Part shown: piece after piece, positions 28,501-38,550 of the stretch
Layout: each line of letters opens with the position of its first letter
How positions within the stretch are numbered: position 1 is the first letter of the stretch
Source: Escherichia phage BEU42
Sequence record: OM632669.1
Reading direction: 5' to 3' (one strand)
Length of the DNA stretch: 64,000 bases
Position numbers and translations under genes: made by a program
Notes under the pieces: generated by a model
The model's input: only the letters and a program-made list of their open reading frames with translations
Database searches by the model: none
Told to the model about the DNA's origin: nothing

Positions 28501-31500
28501 GTCATATTTCTGTTGAGCGTAGTAACGGTCAGCAGGGTTAGTACTATCAGGGTCAGCCATGAAATGTTCTACCGTAAGGTGTTTCATTACATGGGTATAA
28601 AGTTCCTGAGCACGAGCCATAGCGTGTGGGTCAATTGCAGCTTCAGTTGCTAATGCAGCAGTAACCATCTGGAATACAGATTGTTCCTGAGCAGTCATAT
28701 TGAAGCCACGAGACTGAACATCACGAACCAGTCGAGTAGCACTCATTAATGCATTAGCCACATTGCCACGACGTTCTACTTCTGTAACTGGGTCAGTACG
28801 AAGGTAATCAGTTACCAGTTTATCGAAGGTCTGATTCAACTGAGACAGACGTTCATTGTTGCCATATGCTTTGCTATGGAACAGTGTGCCATCTTTAGCT
28901 ACTGCCTGAGTTGTAGGTTGGCTACGCATCAGAATTGCAGAGTTAAACAGCAGATTAGAGAACATATCTTCTCCCAATGCAGGAGCTTGTTTACGTCCCC
29001 AAATCAATTTCTTAATGGCCTGATAAACATCTTTCACCATTTGAACCAGTGAAGATGTTCTCTTCTGTTTAGCAGCAAGAGCACGGTTAGCTAACCCCCA
29101 AGCCATAAACTCATTAAGAGCAGCAGCTTTAGAGATAGCTGGGTCAACAAAGCCATTACTCAAATGACCTTCAATAGTTGCAATAGCATCAGCATATGCT
29201 TCTCTCATTTCTGGAGAATCTTTGGAAATATCCAGAGAACGGAACTGTTCCATCAGACCTTCAAGGTTCTCAATAGCCTGCTTAGAAGTAGGGCTTACTT
29301 CATTACCCTGATAGAAGGAATAAACTTCCTCAAAGGTAGAAGCATGAACCAGTTCATGAATGAGGGTTTCCATAGATGGGCTAACCAGATAAATGGTCTT
29401 ATCATCGAAGTTAGTCCAGCCATAAATATTGCCTGCCTGAGCTTCTTCCATTTCCTGAGAAGTCAATTCAGTAACATTCTTCTGACGAGCATACTCTGCA
29501 ACCTGAGTAGGTGTACCGTAGATAATCTTATAGTCTTTAGCTGCCAGTGATTTCTGAATCTCAGCAAGAGTAGCTGCCTGAGTAGATGGCAGATTACTAA
29601 TCTTAGCCAGATTACGAATAGCAGTAGCAGACAGGATACGAACACCGGATGCCTTATGCTCACGGCCTACCATACCAAAGTCTGGATTCACTGGTTCTTT
29701 TTCAGAAACAGTTTCTTCTTTGACTTCAGCCTTAGCCTTAGCGACTTTTTGTTTACGGGCTTCTAACTCTTCACGGAAAAGTTTATTCAGTTCATCAGCC
29801 TGTTGTTCAGGAGTCATATTGCTGAGGTCAATCTTACCGTTGTTCTGATAAGGAGCACCTACAGCAGCCATCTGGTCAATGGACAGATTTACCTTATCCA
29901 GTACCTTATGGCGAATATCTACACCCAGTGCAATATTACGTAAGTTACGTTCAATCAGAGATGCAGCATTAGCAATATCATCTACAGTAGCATTCTCACG
30001 TTGGTCATATTCCAGAGCAGATTTACCAATTGCTTCCAATGCTTCAGGGGACAACTTGCTGAAATCTACATTTTTCATGAACTTAGCATATGATTCGTAA
30101 ACATTCTTAATAGGGTTACCCTGCCAAGAAGTGTAAACAGCTTCATTAGCCTTACGACTAGCATCAGTGATGTCATTCAAACCAATGTTCATACCATCAA
30201 AGATTTTGAGGGTATTCTTTGGTGCACCTTTCATAGTGGAAAGAGTTTGCATCATCATGCCGTCACCAGTACCAATAGTCATAAATGGAATACCTGCTAC
30301 ACCAGCCTGTGCTGGGGCATAGATACTCATTGGTACACGCATACGGTCATCAAGGTTAGTAGCTAATACCTGATTTGCTACTTCTGCATTTTCTGAGCCA
30401 GCAATGTAGAAAGTCTGAGAACCAGTCTCAATCATAGGAGCTAAGTTATTCAGAGAAGCCTGAATATCATTCAGTTCTTTCTGAGTAAGGAAATCGCCTT
30501 TCTTCCATGTCGGGTCTTTAGCCTTCTCTGTCAGTTTCTCCTGTACTCGCTGTTTGAACATATCTTCCAGCACTACAGATTGAATCTGAGTAGCTTTCTG
30601 TAATTGTTCAGTGGAGTACACCAGACTTTCACCCACAGTCTGAGTAATACCATTACGTAGTGGTTCTACAAAGAAGTGCAGCATATTTTCCTGAAGTGCC
30701 TTCAGTTGCTCACCCTTAATGGTATAGGTCTTAGGATTGATTTTCCCTTTGGCTCCTGCACCTGTGGATTGTAGTTCCAGTACACCTTTACGTTTAACAG
30801 GAACGGTAGAAGTCAGTGTTTCCATATCTTTCAGGAAACGAGCAAGAAGTTCTTCAGCATGTGCTTCTGAAGCAGCTTGCTTACCAAACATTGCCATAGC
30901 AGCAGAAATATTTGGGTCTTTAGCACGAGCTTTCAGCACATCGGACATACGCTCATAGATGGCATCAGTAACAGAACTAACCAGCTTACCTGCAATACCA
31001 CGAGCACCAGAACCATAGATGGTAATAGTCAGTGGGTTCTTAGCAATACCACGTTTAAGTTCTAAAGCACCATTCTCACCGAGATTAATATCCGGTAAGA
31101 ACAAATCCATCAGAGAAAGAAGACTGTCTATCTGGGACTGAATAGGCATATTAGAAGCGTAGTTACTACGTAACTTACCCAACGATTCCATCAAAGCATT
31201 AGTGGATGCTTGATATAAATCATTATTGTCAGCAGTAGAACGATGCTCATTCATGGTCTTATTTGGAGAACCAATGAACAAGCCACCTTTGGCAATGTTA
31301 CGAATCCAGTCAGGGGTAAACAGGCCACCTGTCATTAGCATCATGGCATTGATTGGACCATTAGTAACACCATCTGCTTCTACATACAGTGGGGTTACAA
31401 ATGCAGATTTATCCTCTGCTACTAAGTAACGGGAATACTCCATAAGAGCCATCAATGCTACGAATGACTTCCTATCCCCTAATGCTGTATTCAGAACACC

Positions 31501-34500
31501 AACTGCATTTTCTGGTAAGGAACCAGTGGTATTAAACTCAACCATCATATCAATGGCTGGTTTCAGATTACCTTCCAGTAATTTAGTCAACTCGTCAGAC
31601 ATAACCTCACGAGTCATAGTATGGACTTTAATGTCCAATGCCTGAGCCAGACCTAACTGGAATGCAGAGAAGTCTTCATTGTTCTGGTTCGATAAATCCA
31701 AAGTAGCTTTAGTAGGTAGGATAGCCTCACGAACCAGTTTGGCTGATTGAGGATTGTATTTACCTAACATCTGCATACGACCAACACGGGTCATATTATA
31801 TGCATAGTGAATAGGCACAGTAGAGATGTCTTCACTCTGTGCTCTTACCTGCTCAATGACGGAAAACAGTTGGTTGTAAGAGTCCTCTACTGAACGGTTC
31901 TTACCTTCCAGAGATTTAGCATGATTATCATTAAGTAACTCTTTATTCAGAGTACCAGCACCCATCAGTTCGAGAATACGGTCTTTACCTAACGTCTCGT
32001 AGAATTGAACCATTGGAGTGTGTACATAGAACTCTGTAGCCTGCTCTGCTTTCAATGCAGCCTTCTGTTCTGGAGTATTACGAACAGCAGGATTACGAAG
32101 CTGAGTATTAGCTACAGGAGGAATATCATCACCAAAGAACATCTTCTCTGTAGGATTCACTAAAACAGCTTCTTCAATAGCAGTAGGGAAGCTATTAATT
32201 GGGTCGAAGGAATCCAGTTCAGTAATGGTGTACAGACCAATAGTCTTCTTATTATCTGGGTCAATTTCTGACATATCCACGATGTTCTCTACAACATCAG
32301 TAGACTCTACAAATGCAGCCAGAATTTCCGCAGCCATTGCTGTAGGGATACCTTTGGTATAGCCCAATGGAGCATTTGGATTACGAGATAATCCCCAGTA
32401 AGACTCAATTTTCTGAGCCAGGGAACTAACTGCTTCAGTGAGTGTCATACCAGTATCAAATTGCTCTACTAAACCTTCTGGCAGCAGAGCTTGGTCAATA
32501 CCAGTAATAGCAGCAACATCTTTTGCATCTTTGATAGCAGTATTGCTGGTAGCAGTAAGTCTCCACTGAAGACCTGCTAATACAGCAGTCTGTAGCAATT
32601 GCTCATTGTACTTAAAGGTATCCCCATCCTGTTCAACGATGTTAAGTAACTTACCGCCTACCCAACGGTTGGCTTCTGTACCCTGAGCAAAACGTTTACC
32701 AACATCCTTAGTGTTAAGGAACTTAGCCAGACGGGAACGAAGAATATCAGCAATACCTTCCCCATGTTCCATGAGTTCTTTGTATCGCTTAATAACTTCC
32801 CCATTAAAAGCAGGATTAGCAACTTCTTTCTCAGTAAAGAGTTCATAACGAGCACGGGAAGACAGAGCTTGAGCTACATCTTTTAGAGGTGCTTCTGAAC
32901 CAACAGTACGGGATTTCTGTTCTTCCGGTAAGGTAAAGGACAATTTGAAATAGTTCTTAATACCCTCTGCTTTAGAATCAGCAGTACCTACCAATGAGGG
33001 GTAAACAGCATCGATACCTTCTCTTAATTCTTCTGTAACTGTGCTTTCTTTTGCAGAAGTTTCAGTTTCTTTAACAGATTCAGTAGGTTGCTTGATGGTG
33101 TCCTCATTAGTAAGGTTAACATCCTGTTTTTCAGACTGGTTCACAGGTTCTTTTATAGCCTGTGGGCTAGACTCTTTAGTAGTAGGTTCTGTTTTAACAG
33201 ATTCACTAACAGGAGTCTTAGTCTGTACAGTAGATGTAACTGGTTCCTGTTTTGTAACAGGAGTTTCTTTAACCTGATTCACGGAGTCAGCTTTCGGTTG
33301 AGAAGAAGCAACGTCTCGATTGCCTTGACGGAATGCCTTGACCACCTCAGCAGCAGGAGCGTTAAGACGTGAATCCAATGGAGTAACTTTTATATGACTG
33401 ACCTTCAGTTCCGGGTAAGCCGAAGCGAGGGCATTAGCAATATCCGCTACCGTTTTCGCTTCAAGAGCAACTTGCTGGGCAAATTTAACCGACTTAGTGT
33501 CATAGGGATTGACCCCCAATCCGGTACGGCTACGAACCCATTCTCTGTCAGCAGTAAGAGCTTGGTAGTGGACAGACTTATTCTTATCCGCATCCCCCGT
33601 AACAAGATGCTCATTCAACGCTCCAACCTTATTCTGCATGTGCTGGGCGAACTGCATAAAGTCGTTCAGGTAAGCGGAGGCCAACTCGAAATTACCAGAG
33701 TTATACGCAGACCGAATCCTATTCGCATGTTGCAACGCAGAGTATTGTCCTTCCTGAGTTCTGCTCTCATCCGTTTTAATCTGTTTACTCACAATGTCTT
33801 GAGGACGTAATCCAAGACGGGCAGCTTCTGCATCATATTCCCGTGCCCCCTTCAGGATTGCAGCAGCATTCTGAAGGGCAGCAATTTGGCGATTATTCAG
33901 TTTAATACGACCATCAGCAGCATGTTTAAGAACAACATTTACAGATTCTGGATTGAGCTTTTCAGGAGCTACTTCAGCAGCTAATGCTACGTTCTGCATT
34001 TCCTGTGGACTGGATTCTTCAGTCACATCCAAAGAACCATTCTGGGCAGATTCATTAATCATTCGATTAATAACATTCAGTGCACCAATTACTTTTGGTG
34101 TGTTCTGAATATTAGCTGTCAGATTTGTATAACGATTGAGTAACTCAATAGCCGGAGAATCTTTAGGAATGCTATCCAGTGCAGCAGGGTCACGGTTAAT
34201 GAATTGCTCAAACTCTGAAACAGCATCATACATATAAGATGCAGCTTCCATCAGTGCTTGAGGATTAGATTCATCTAATGTGTTAACTAGGTCTGCTAAC
34301 TTTTGAATAACCTGTACTTGGTCAGTAGAACCAGCTACAGCATTACGAATATGCTCTGGTGCTTCCTGATAATTTTCAGGATTAAAACGAGTAGCATTCA
34401 TTAAGTCAGAAACATACTGGTGTGCTGCAACTTTCTGTTCCGGAGTAGCATCAGTTGCTTCAACAGCATCACGAATAGTAACTTCTGCTTCTGGTGCTTG

Positions 34501-36057
34501 AGCCATAGCTTCTTGTGCTGCCTGTGCAACATAGTCATCAGCAACAGGAGATGCTTCTTCATTCTGCTTCATAACCCGCTCACCACGAGCTACCAAAGTG
34601 TTCTTAATAGGGGAAACAACCTTACCTGCTACACTACCAGCAGCTTTAACACCAGCCATTGTGGTACGCAATACAGGAGCAGTTGCAGCACCTGCTAAAC
34701 GAGCAGCACCAGCCGGAGCCTGTACAACACCAGCAGAACCAAAGCCATAAAGAGCACCTAAACCAGCTTGTGTACCGACACCTTTAAGCAAGTCTTGGTT
34801 CTTATCAATGTTTTGTTGCTGTGCAATATTCTGAGCCAGTTGGCCTGTAGCACCCTGAACACCTTCTTCCACTGTTTCACGGGCAAGGTTCATACCTACA
34901 GCACCTAAAGAACCAGCACGGAAAGGAGCCATCTCAAAACGAGATACCAGAGGACCAGTTGCAGCAGCAATAGGTAATTGAATAGCAGCAGCAGTAAGAC
35001 CAGTTTCAGATGCAGTCTGACGACGAGCCTGTTCTGGAGACATACCATCTTTAATATGTTGCTGATAAACAGGAGACTTCTCTAAGTCTTTAAGACTCAT
35101 CTTCATAATTTCATCAGCAGTTTGTTGGTATGCACCACCAGCTTCCATTACACCAACACCAACCATACCTGGTGCAGCTCTGCCTACAGTAGAAGCAATA
35201 CGAGCCAGGGACTGAGTACCAGTACCTGCATCAATAGCACCAGCCAATGCAGCACTACGAAGAGTATTTGCTGGAACAACTGCTTTACCCAGTAAAGATG
35301 CACCCTTTAATACAGGACCAGCACCTAATAGAGAACCTACCCCTTCTGCTAACCCATCAGAAATAATAGAGTCAGTTTGAGCAGCATTCTCAATTGAACC
35401 TACAAAATCACGTCCAAATTTAGATAAGGAAGCTACTATGTCATTAGTGCCTTCTTTCTTATCTGTTTGATACTGACGTTCACTCTCTACCTCACTCATT
35501 AAGTTACGAGCAGCGAAGAGCTTACGTTTATCTTGTAATGCTTGGCTTTGGGTAGCATGGACAGCATCATTAAACTTACTCAATTGTTGAGCAACAACAG
35601 CACCTGCGTCATCGTTGAGTAAGCCTGCCCCAAGAGCACCAATGCCCCCAAGGGTATTAACAAAACCAAGACCAACACCAGTAGCAATATCCCCCAGTTC
35701 TTCCCCAGGAGTTCTTGTAGTAACTGAATCATTGAATACCTGGTTCCCTGCATCAGCACGAGCGTTGATAAGTTGTAAGCCTTGCTCAACCCCATACTTA
35801 TTCATGATTTGCATTGGAGTCAGATTCATGAAATCTGATTGCACTGTCCCTGGTTCAAATGCATTAGCCCCAACATTACCAGTACGGGCAGCTTGCATTT
35901 GATAAGCAGCATCAGGAGAAACAAGAGGAGTAGTGACACCTTGTTCAGCTTTCTTCTGGGCGGTTGCAGTAGAGACGTCAACTTGCTTTGCATTGGTTAC
36001 GCTGTCTGCGAACCCAGCCAGTCTATCAAATACTGACATAGTAGGTTTCCTATACAA
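25537..36057 (-). CDS. virion-encapsidated RNA polymerase (N4 gp50-like giant vRNAP)
   Basis: Single ORF of 3506 codons, or exactly 3500 if translation starts at the second Met (ATG ending at 36039, which has AGGAAA upstream). Central region has single-subunit RNAP-like elements (motif B-like KRGIAKNPLTITIYGSGARG). The ~3500-aa size is the hallmark of N4-like phages. Confidence 0.8.
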   Translation of the reverse strand: MYRKPTMSVFDRLAGFADSVTNAKQVDVSTATAQKKAEQGVTTPLVSPDAAYQMQAARTGNVGANAFEPGTVQSDFMNLTPMQIMNKYGVEQGLQLINARADAGNQVFNDSVTTRTPGEELGDIATGVGLGFVNTLGGIGALGAGLLNDDAGAVVAQQLSKFNDAVHATQSQALQDKRKLFAARNLMSEVESERQYQTDKKEGTNDIVASLSKFGRDFVGSIENAAQTDSIISDGLAEGVGSLLGAGPVLKGASLLGKAVVPANTLRSAALAGAIDAGTGTQSLARIASTVGRAAPGMVGVGVMEAGGAYQQTADEIMKMSLKDLEKSPVYQQHIKDGMSPEQARRQTASETGLTAAAIQLPIAAATGPLVSRFEMAPFRAGSLGAVGMNLARETVEEGVQGATGQLAQNIAQQQNIDKNQDLLKGVGTQAGLGALYGFGSAGVVQAPAGAARLAGAATAPVLRTTMAGVKAAGSVAGKVVSPIKNTLVARGERVMKQNEEASPVADDYVAQAAQEAMAQAPEAEVTIRDAVEATDATPEQKVAAHQYVSDLMNATRFNPENYQEAPEHIRNAVAGSTDQVQVIQKLADLVNTLDESNPQALMEAASYMYDAVSEFEQFINRDPAALDSIPKDSPAIELLNRYTNLTANIQNTPKVIGALNVINRMINESAQNGSLDVTEESSPQEMQNVALAAEVAPEKLNPESVNVVLKHAADGRIKLNNRQIAALQNAAAILKGAREYDAEAARLGLRPQDIVSKQIKTDESRTQEGQYSALQHANRIRSAYNSGNFELASAYLNDFMQFAQHMQNKVGALNEHLVTGDADKNKSVHYQALTADREWVRSRTGLGVNPYDTKSVKFAQQVALEAKTVADIANALASAYPELKVSHIKVTPLDSRLNAPAAEVVKAFRQGNRDVASSQPKADSVNQVKETPVTKQEPVTSTVQTKTPVSESVKTEPTTKESSPQAIKEPVNQSEKQDVNLTNEDTIKQPTESVKETETSAKESTVTEELREGIDAVYPSLVGTADSKAEGIKNYFKLSFTLPEEQKSRTVGSEAPLKDVAQALSSRARYELFTEKEVANPAFNGEVIKRYKELMEHGEGIADILRSRLAKFLNTKDVGKRFAQGTEANRWVGGKLLNIVEQDGDTFKYNEQLLQTAVLAGLQWRLTATSNTAIKDAKDVAAITGIDQALLPEGLVEQFDTGMTLTEAVSSLAQKIESYWGLSRNPNAPLGYTKGIPTAMAAEILAAFVESTDVVENIVDMSEIDPDNKKTIGLYTITELDSFDPINSFPTAIEEAVLVNPTEKMFFGDDIPPVANTQLRNPAVRNTPEQKAALKAEQATEFYVHTPMVQFYETLGKDRILELMGAGTLNKELLNDNHAKSLEGKNRSVEDSYNQLFSVIEQVRAQSEDISTVPIHYAYNMTRVGRMQMLGKYNPQSAKLVREAILPTKATLDLSNQNNEDFSAFQLGLAQALDIKVHTMTREVMSDELTKLLEGNLKPAIDMMVEFNTTGSLPENAVGVLNTALGDRKSFVALMALMEYSRYLVAEDKSAFVTPLYVEADGVTNGPINAMMLMTGGLFTPDWIRNIAKGGLFIGSPNKTMNEHRSTADNNDLYQASTNALMESLGKLRSNYASNMPIQSQIDSLLSLMDLFLPDINLGENGALELKRGIAKNPLTITIYGSGARGIAGKLVSSVTDAIYERMSDVLKARAKDPNISAAMAMFGKQAASEAHAEELLARFLKDMETLTSTVPVKRKGVLELQSTGAGAKGKINPKTYTIKGEQLKALQENMLHFFVEPLRNGITQTVGESLVYSTEQLQKATQIQSVVLEDMFKQRVQEKLTEKAKDPTWKKGDFLTQKELNDIQASLNNLAPMIETGSQTFYIAGSENAEVANQVLATNLDDRMRVPMSIYAPAQAGVAGIPFMTIGTGDGMMMQTLSTMKGAPKNTLKIFDGMNIGLNDITDASRKANEAVYTSWQGNPIKNVYESYAKFMKNVDFSKLSPEALEAIGKSALEYDQRENATVDDIANAASLIERNLRNIALGVDIRHKVLDKVNLSIDQMAAVGAPYQNNGKIDLSNMTPEQQADELNKLFREELEARKQKVAKAKAEVKEETVSEKEPVNPDFGMVGREHKASGVRILSATAIRNLAKISNLPSTQAATLAEIQKSLAAKDYKIIYGTPTQVAEYARQKNVTELTSQEMEEAQAGNIYGWTNFDDKTIYLVSPSMETLIHELVHASTFEEVYSFYQGNEVSPTSKQAIENLEGLMEQFRSLDISKDSPEMREAYADAIATIEGHLSNGFVDPAISKAAALNEFMAWGLANRALAAKQKRTSSLVQMVKDVYQAIKKLIWGRKQAPALGEDMFSNLLFNSAILMRSQPTTQAVAKDGTLFHSKAYGNNERLSQLNQTFDKLVTDYLRTDPVTEVERRGNVANALMSATRLVRDVQSRGFNMTAQEQSVFQMVTAALATEAAIDPHAMARAQELYTHVMKHLTVEHFMADPDSTNPADRYYAQQKYDTISGANLVEVDAKGRTSLLPTFLGLAMVNEELRSIIKEMPVPKADKKLGNDVDTLLTNAGTQVMESLNRRMAGDQKATNVQDSIDALSETIMAAALKRESFYDAVATPTGNFIDRANQYVTDSIERLSETVIEKADKVIANPSNVAAKGVAHLAKLTAAIASEKQGEIVAQGIMTAMNQGKVWQPFHDLVNDIVGRTKTNANVYDLIKLVKSQISQDRQQFREHLPTVIAGKFSRKLTDTEWSAMHTGLGKTDLAVLRETMSMAEIRDLLSSFKKVKDEISTLEKEIQNQAGRNWNLVQKKSKQLAQYMITGEVGNNLLRNAHAISRLLGERITNGPVADVAAIDKLITLYSLELMNKSDRDLLSELAQSEVEGMEFSIAYMVGQRTEEMRKAKGDNRTLLNHFKGYIPVENQQGVNLIIADDKEFAKLNSQSFTRIGTYQGSTGFRTGSKGYYFSPVAARAPYSQGILQNVRNTAGGVDIGTGFTLGTMVAGRITDKPTVERITKALAKGERGREPLMPIYNSKGQVVAYEQSVDPNMLKHLNQDNHFAKMVGVWRGRQVEEAKAQRFNDILIEQLHAMYEKDIKDSNANKSQYVNLLGKIDDPVLADAINLMNIETRRKAEELFGKDELWVRRDMLNDALGYRAASIGDVWTGNSRWSSSTLDTVKKMFLGAFGNKAYHVVMNAENTIQNLVKDAKTVIVVKSVVVPAVNFLANIYQMIGRGVPVKDIAVNIPRKTSEINQYIKSRLRQIDAEAELRAAEGNPNLVRKLKTEIQSITDSHRRMSIWPLIEAGEFSSIADAGISRDDLLVAEGKIHEYMEKLANKLPEKVRNAGRYALIAKDTALFQGIQKTVEYSDFIAKAIIYDDLVKRKKKSSSEALGQVTEEFVNYDRLPGRFRGYMESMGLMWFYNFKIRSIKVAMSMIRNNPVHSLIATVVPAPAMFGNVGLPIQDNMLTMLAEGRLDYSLGFGQGLRAPTLNPWFNLTH

Positions 36058-36102
36058 ACTTATATCTATTAGAAATCACACTATACCTAGTGTAAGGACG
36101 AG

Positions 36103-36126
36103 AAAAAAGCCCCGAAGGGCTTTTGT
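36103..36126 (-). terminator. terminator/attenuator hairpin upstream of the vRNAP gene
   Basis: Plus-strand aaaaaagccc-cgaa-gggctttt; on the minus strand the hairpin is followed by TTTTTT; lies between the 644-aa gene stop (36140) and the vRNAP start. Confidence 0.5.
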
Positions 36127-36139
36127 ATTATGGTAGAAA

Positions 36140-38074
36140 TTAACGAGGAAATATATCAGGGATACCCAATCGACGTCCGGCATCTCTGCCTAAACTTCTC
36201 CGGTTTGCCTCGCTCTCTTCCTGTTTAATATTTTGTAGGCTCTTAATATCCAAATTCTGAGGGTCAGCAGCTACAGCACTACGAGCACCATCAAGAAGAC
36301 GTTTAGCAGTATTAACTCGCTCCTGATAGCGAGGTAGTACACTTCTAAGGTTTTCCTGACCGGTCTGAATACGACGCTGTACTTCACGTAAATCAGCAAG
36401 TGCAGTATCTAACGTATTCTGTGCTGCATAGATGTTTGATTGAATTTGTGCAGTAAGCTGATTACGAGCATTCTGTTCAATAGCAGTACCAGTAGTTGCA
36501 AGTTTTGCATTTGCTTCTACGGCTGCTTTATCCAGTTGGTAATCACCACCCAAATCAATAACATCAGTATCAAAGGCATTTCGAATACCACTAAACCATC
36601 CCTCTGGTTTACCAGTGATACTGCGTTGAATGATTGCTCCTGCCATAGCGGGAGAAATAGCATTCTGTTTTGCTACCTCATTGATTTGTCGAACCAGTGC
36701 ACCTTGGTTAATGCCTTTCAGTTCATTGTTATCAATAATACGTTTAGCCACCTGACCAGTCGTAGAAGGGTCAACAGTAGCAGCTTGGTATTCAGGCAGC
36801 AGAGTATTACCAATATTCTGCATATTACGAGTACCAACAGTATTACCAGCAACAGAAGTGAATGCTTGTTCCTGTAATGGATTAATAGAATTACCTGTTT
36901 CTGCTTGAGCAATGTAATCCTTCATTTCATCCCATGACAGGTTCTTATAAGCACCCGGAGTATCATCTGGTAAAGCAGCCCATGTACTCTTCAGATTGCC
37001 ATTCTTACGAGCATTAAAAATAGCTTCACCCAGTTTGTCTTGGTTCTCCGGAGACATAGGGATGTTCTGCCAATCTTCACCAAATACCTTTGGAGCAAAG
37101 TCTTTAAGGGTATCTTGGTTAATCTGGTATGCACCAACAGGAGAAGCACCTAGTGTCTTCTTCATAGTGTCTTGATGCTGAACCACCTGACCTAAGTTCA
37201 TCTGAGTAATAGGTACATCAGTTGGTGTGAACTTATAGGTAGTGTCATATGCAGAACCATTCCGAGTACCCTGAGTACCAGGAGGAGATAGAGATGCAGA
37301 ACCAGTTCCCGGAGTATATGCACCTGGGTATGCTCTATCTAACTGAGATAGTGCACGACTTACTGCTCCTGGTGACATTTGGTCGAACGTACCCTCTGCA
37401 AGCATACGAGCATCGTCAGCACTGTATGCACCACGACGAATATTATTCAGTAACTGCATAGCAGCCTGAGTATCCGCATCGTTACGCATATCAACACCTA
37501 AGTTGAATAAGCTGCGACGTTGACCAATACCAGCAGTACCCTGTCCTTGAAGGTTGTTCATGTAGTCCATAACAACACCAGCAGGAAGGGTTTTTAATAC
37601 GTCTCCATACTGAGCCTGTGCTGCCTGAACCTTTCTTGGGTCACCAGATTGATAAGCCAGAGCCAATTCCTGCAATGCAGGAGCAGCAGCATCAGTAGCT
37701 GCATTTACCTTCATGGTTCTGTCATTACTGTATCGAGTGAAATCCAGATTTTGTTGTTTAGATGCTTGGTCTAACAGATTGCCAGCACGATTATCTAAGT
37801 TCTCCATAGTACGAGAAGAAATTAGAGAAGGGTCATAGCCAGCAAATAATGCTCCAGAAGCTAAGGCATTACGATACTCATTAGGGTCTTGGTAACGCAT
37901 GGCTTCAGCCATAATTGCATCACCAGCTTGCTGTCTTGCAGAGTCTCGAAAATCACCTAATGCATTACTCAATCCGGCAGTGGCATTACCCAGCATATTG
38001 GAGAAAGTACGAATACTATCCCCAACACCAGAGAAAGAAGGAGCATCAACATTACGCCATGTAATTTGAGCCAT
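36140..38074 (-). CDS. putative virion protein (644 aa)
   Basis: Late-strand ORF with AAGAGG RBS; Q/N/A-rich; no motif recognised. N4 gp51 position by gene count. Confidence 0.5.
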   Translation of the reverse strand: MAQITWRNVDAPSFSGVGDSIRTFSNMLGNATAGLSNALGDFRDSARQQAGDAIMAEAMRYQDPNEYRNALASGALFAGYDPSLISSRTMENLDNRAGNLLDQASKQQNLDFTRYSNDRTMKVNAATDAAAPALQELALAYQSGDPRKVQAAQAQYGDVLKTLPAGVVMDYMNNLQGQGTAGIGQRRSLFNLGVDMRNDADTQAAMQLLNNIRRGAYSADDARMLAEGTFDQMSPGAVSRALSQLDRAYPGAYTPGTGSASLSPPGTQGTRNGSAYDTTYKFTPTDVPITQMNLGQVVQHQDTMKKTLGASPVGAYQINQDTLKDFAPKVFGEDWQNIPMSPENQDKLGEAIFNARKNGNLKSTWAALPDDTPGAYKNLSWDEMKDYIAQAETGNSINPLQEQAFTSVAGNTVGTRNMQNIGNTLLPEYQAATVDPSTTGQVAKRIIDNNELKGINQGALVRQINEVAKQNAISPAMAGAIIQRSITGKPEGWFSGIRNAFDTDVIDLGGDYQLDKAAVEANAKLATTGTAIEQNARNQLTAQIQSNIYAAQNTLDTALADLREVQRRIQTGQENLRSVLPRYQERVNTAKRLLDGARSAVAADPQNLDIKSLQNIKQEESEANRRSLGRDAGRRLGIPDIFPR

Positions 38075-38084
38075 GTGATACCTC

Positions 38085-38537
38085 TTAACGAGTTAAGCGA
38101 TTAGCTGCAATGTAAGCATCAGCCGTAGATTGGTCACGATTTTCTGCAACAGCACGACTACGAGCACGGTCTTCCAGAGCAGTGTTATAGGACTTAATCT
38201 GGTTATTCAGATTAGTGTTAGTAACATCTTTAGCAAAAGAGAACTGACTCTTAGCTAACTTGTTAGCCTGTAATGCACCATAGATATTACCCAGTGCGTT
38301 AAGACCACCTAACCCCAACTGGAAGGTAGGAATGTTCAGACCCAGTTGGTCAGTAAGCCCTTGAGTCTGCCCACCGGTATTCCCTGTAGCACCACCAGTA
38401 ATATTCTGAAGCCAATCATTACTAAGGATGCCGGATTGCATAGGGTTATAGTTCATGGTTGGGGTATTAAAGGAACCATACCCATAGCCAAAATTGCTTT
38501 GTGCAGATGGGGTTCCAAAAAGGAAATTAGTATCCAT
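38085..38537 (-). CDS. putative virion protein (150 aa)
   Basis: ORF with AGGAGA RBS; Gly/Asn/Thr-rich N-terminus. N4 gp52 position. Confidence 0.5.
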   Translation of the reverse strand: MDTNFLFGTPSAQSNFGYGYGSFNTPTMNYNPMQSGILSNDWLQNITGGATGNTGGQTQGLTDQLGLNIPTFQLGLGGLNALGNIYGALQANKLAKSQFSFAKDVTNTNLNNQIKSYNTALEDRARSRAVAENRDQSTADAYIAANRLTR

Positions 38538-38550
38538 AAGGATTCTCCTG

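Noticed and set aside
29700-29760. HExxH motif (LIHELVHA) inside the vRNAP, approximately here on the minus strand
   Set aside because: A bare HExxH is expected by chance about once in a 3500-aa protein, and no third zinc ligand or peptidase context could be recognised. Not called as a protease domain.
27900-36000. Numerous 60-140 aa plus-strand ORFs inside the vRNAP gene (for example 29164..29550, 33394..33810)
   Set aside because: They are antisense to a continuous 10.5 kb ORF, have low-complexity Ser/Leu/Cys-rich translations, and lack RBSs. Regarded as shadow ORFs.
36103-36126. Terminator hairpins considered as N4 vRNAP hairpin promoters (also 847-869 and 60439-60465)
   Set aside because: They are immediately followed by U-tracts downstream of stop codons and mostly have 4-nt loops, which fits intrinsic terminators better than the 3-nt-loop promoter hairpins; the vRNAP promoter consensus could not be recalled precisely enough to call any.
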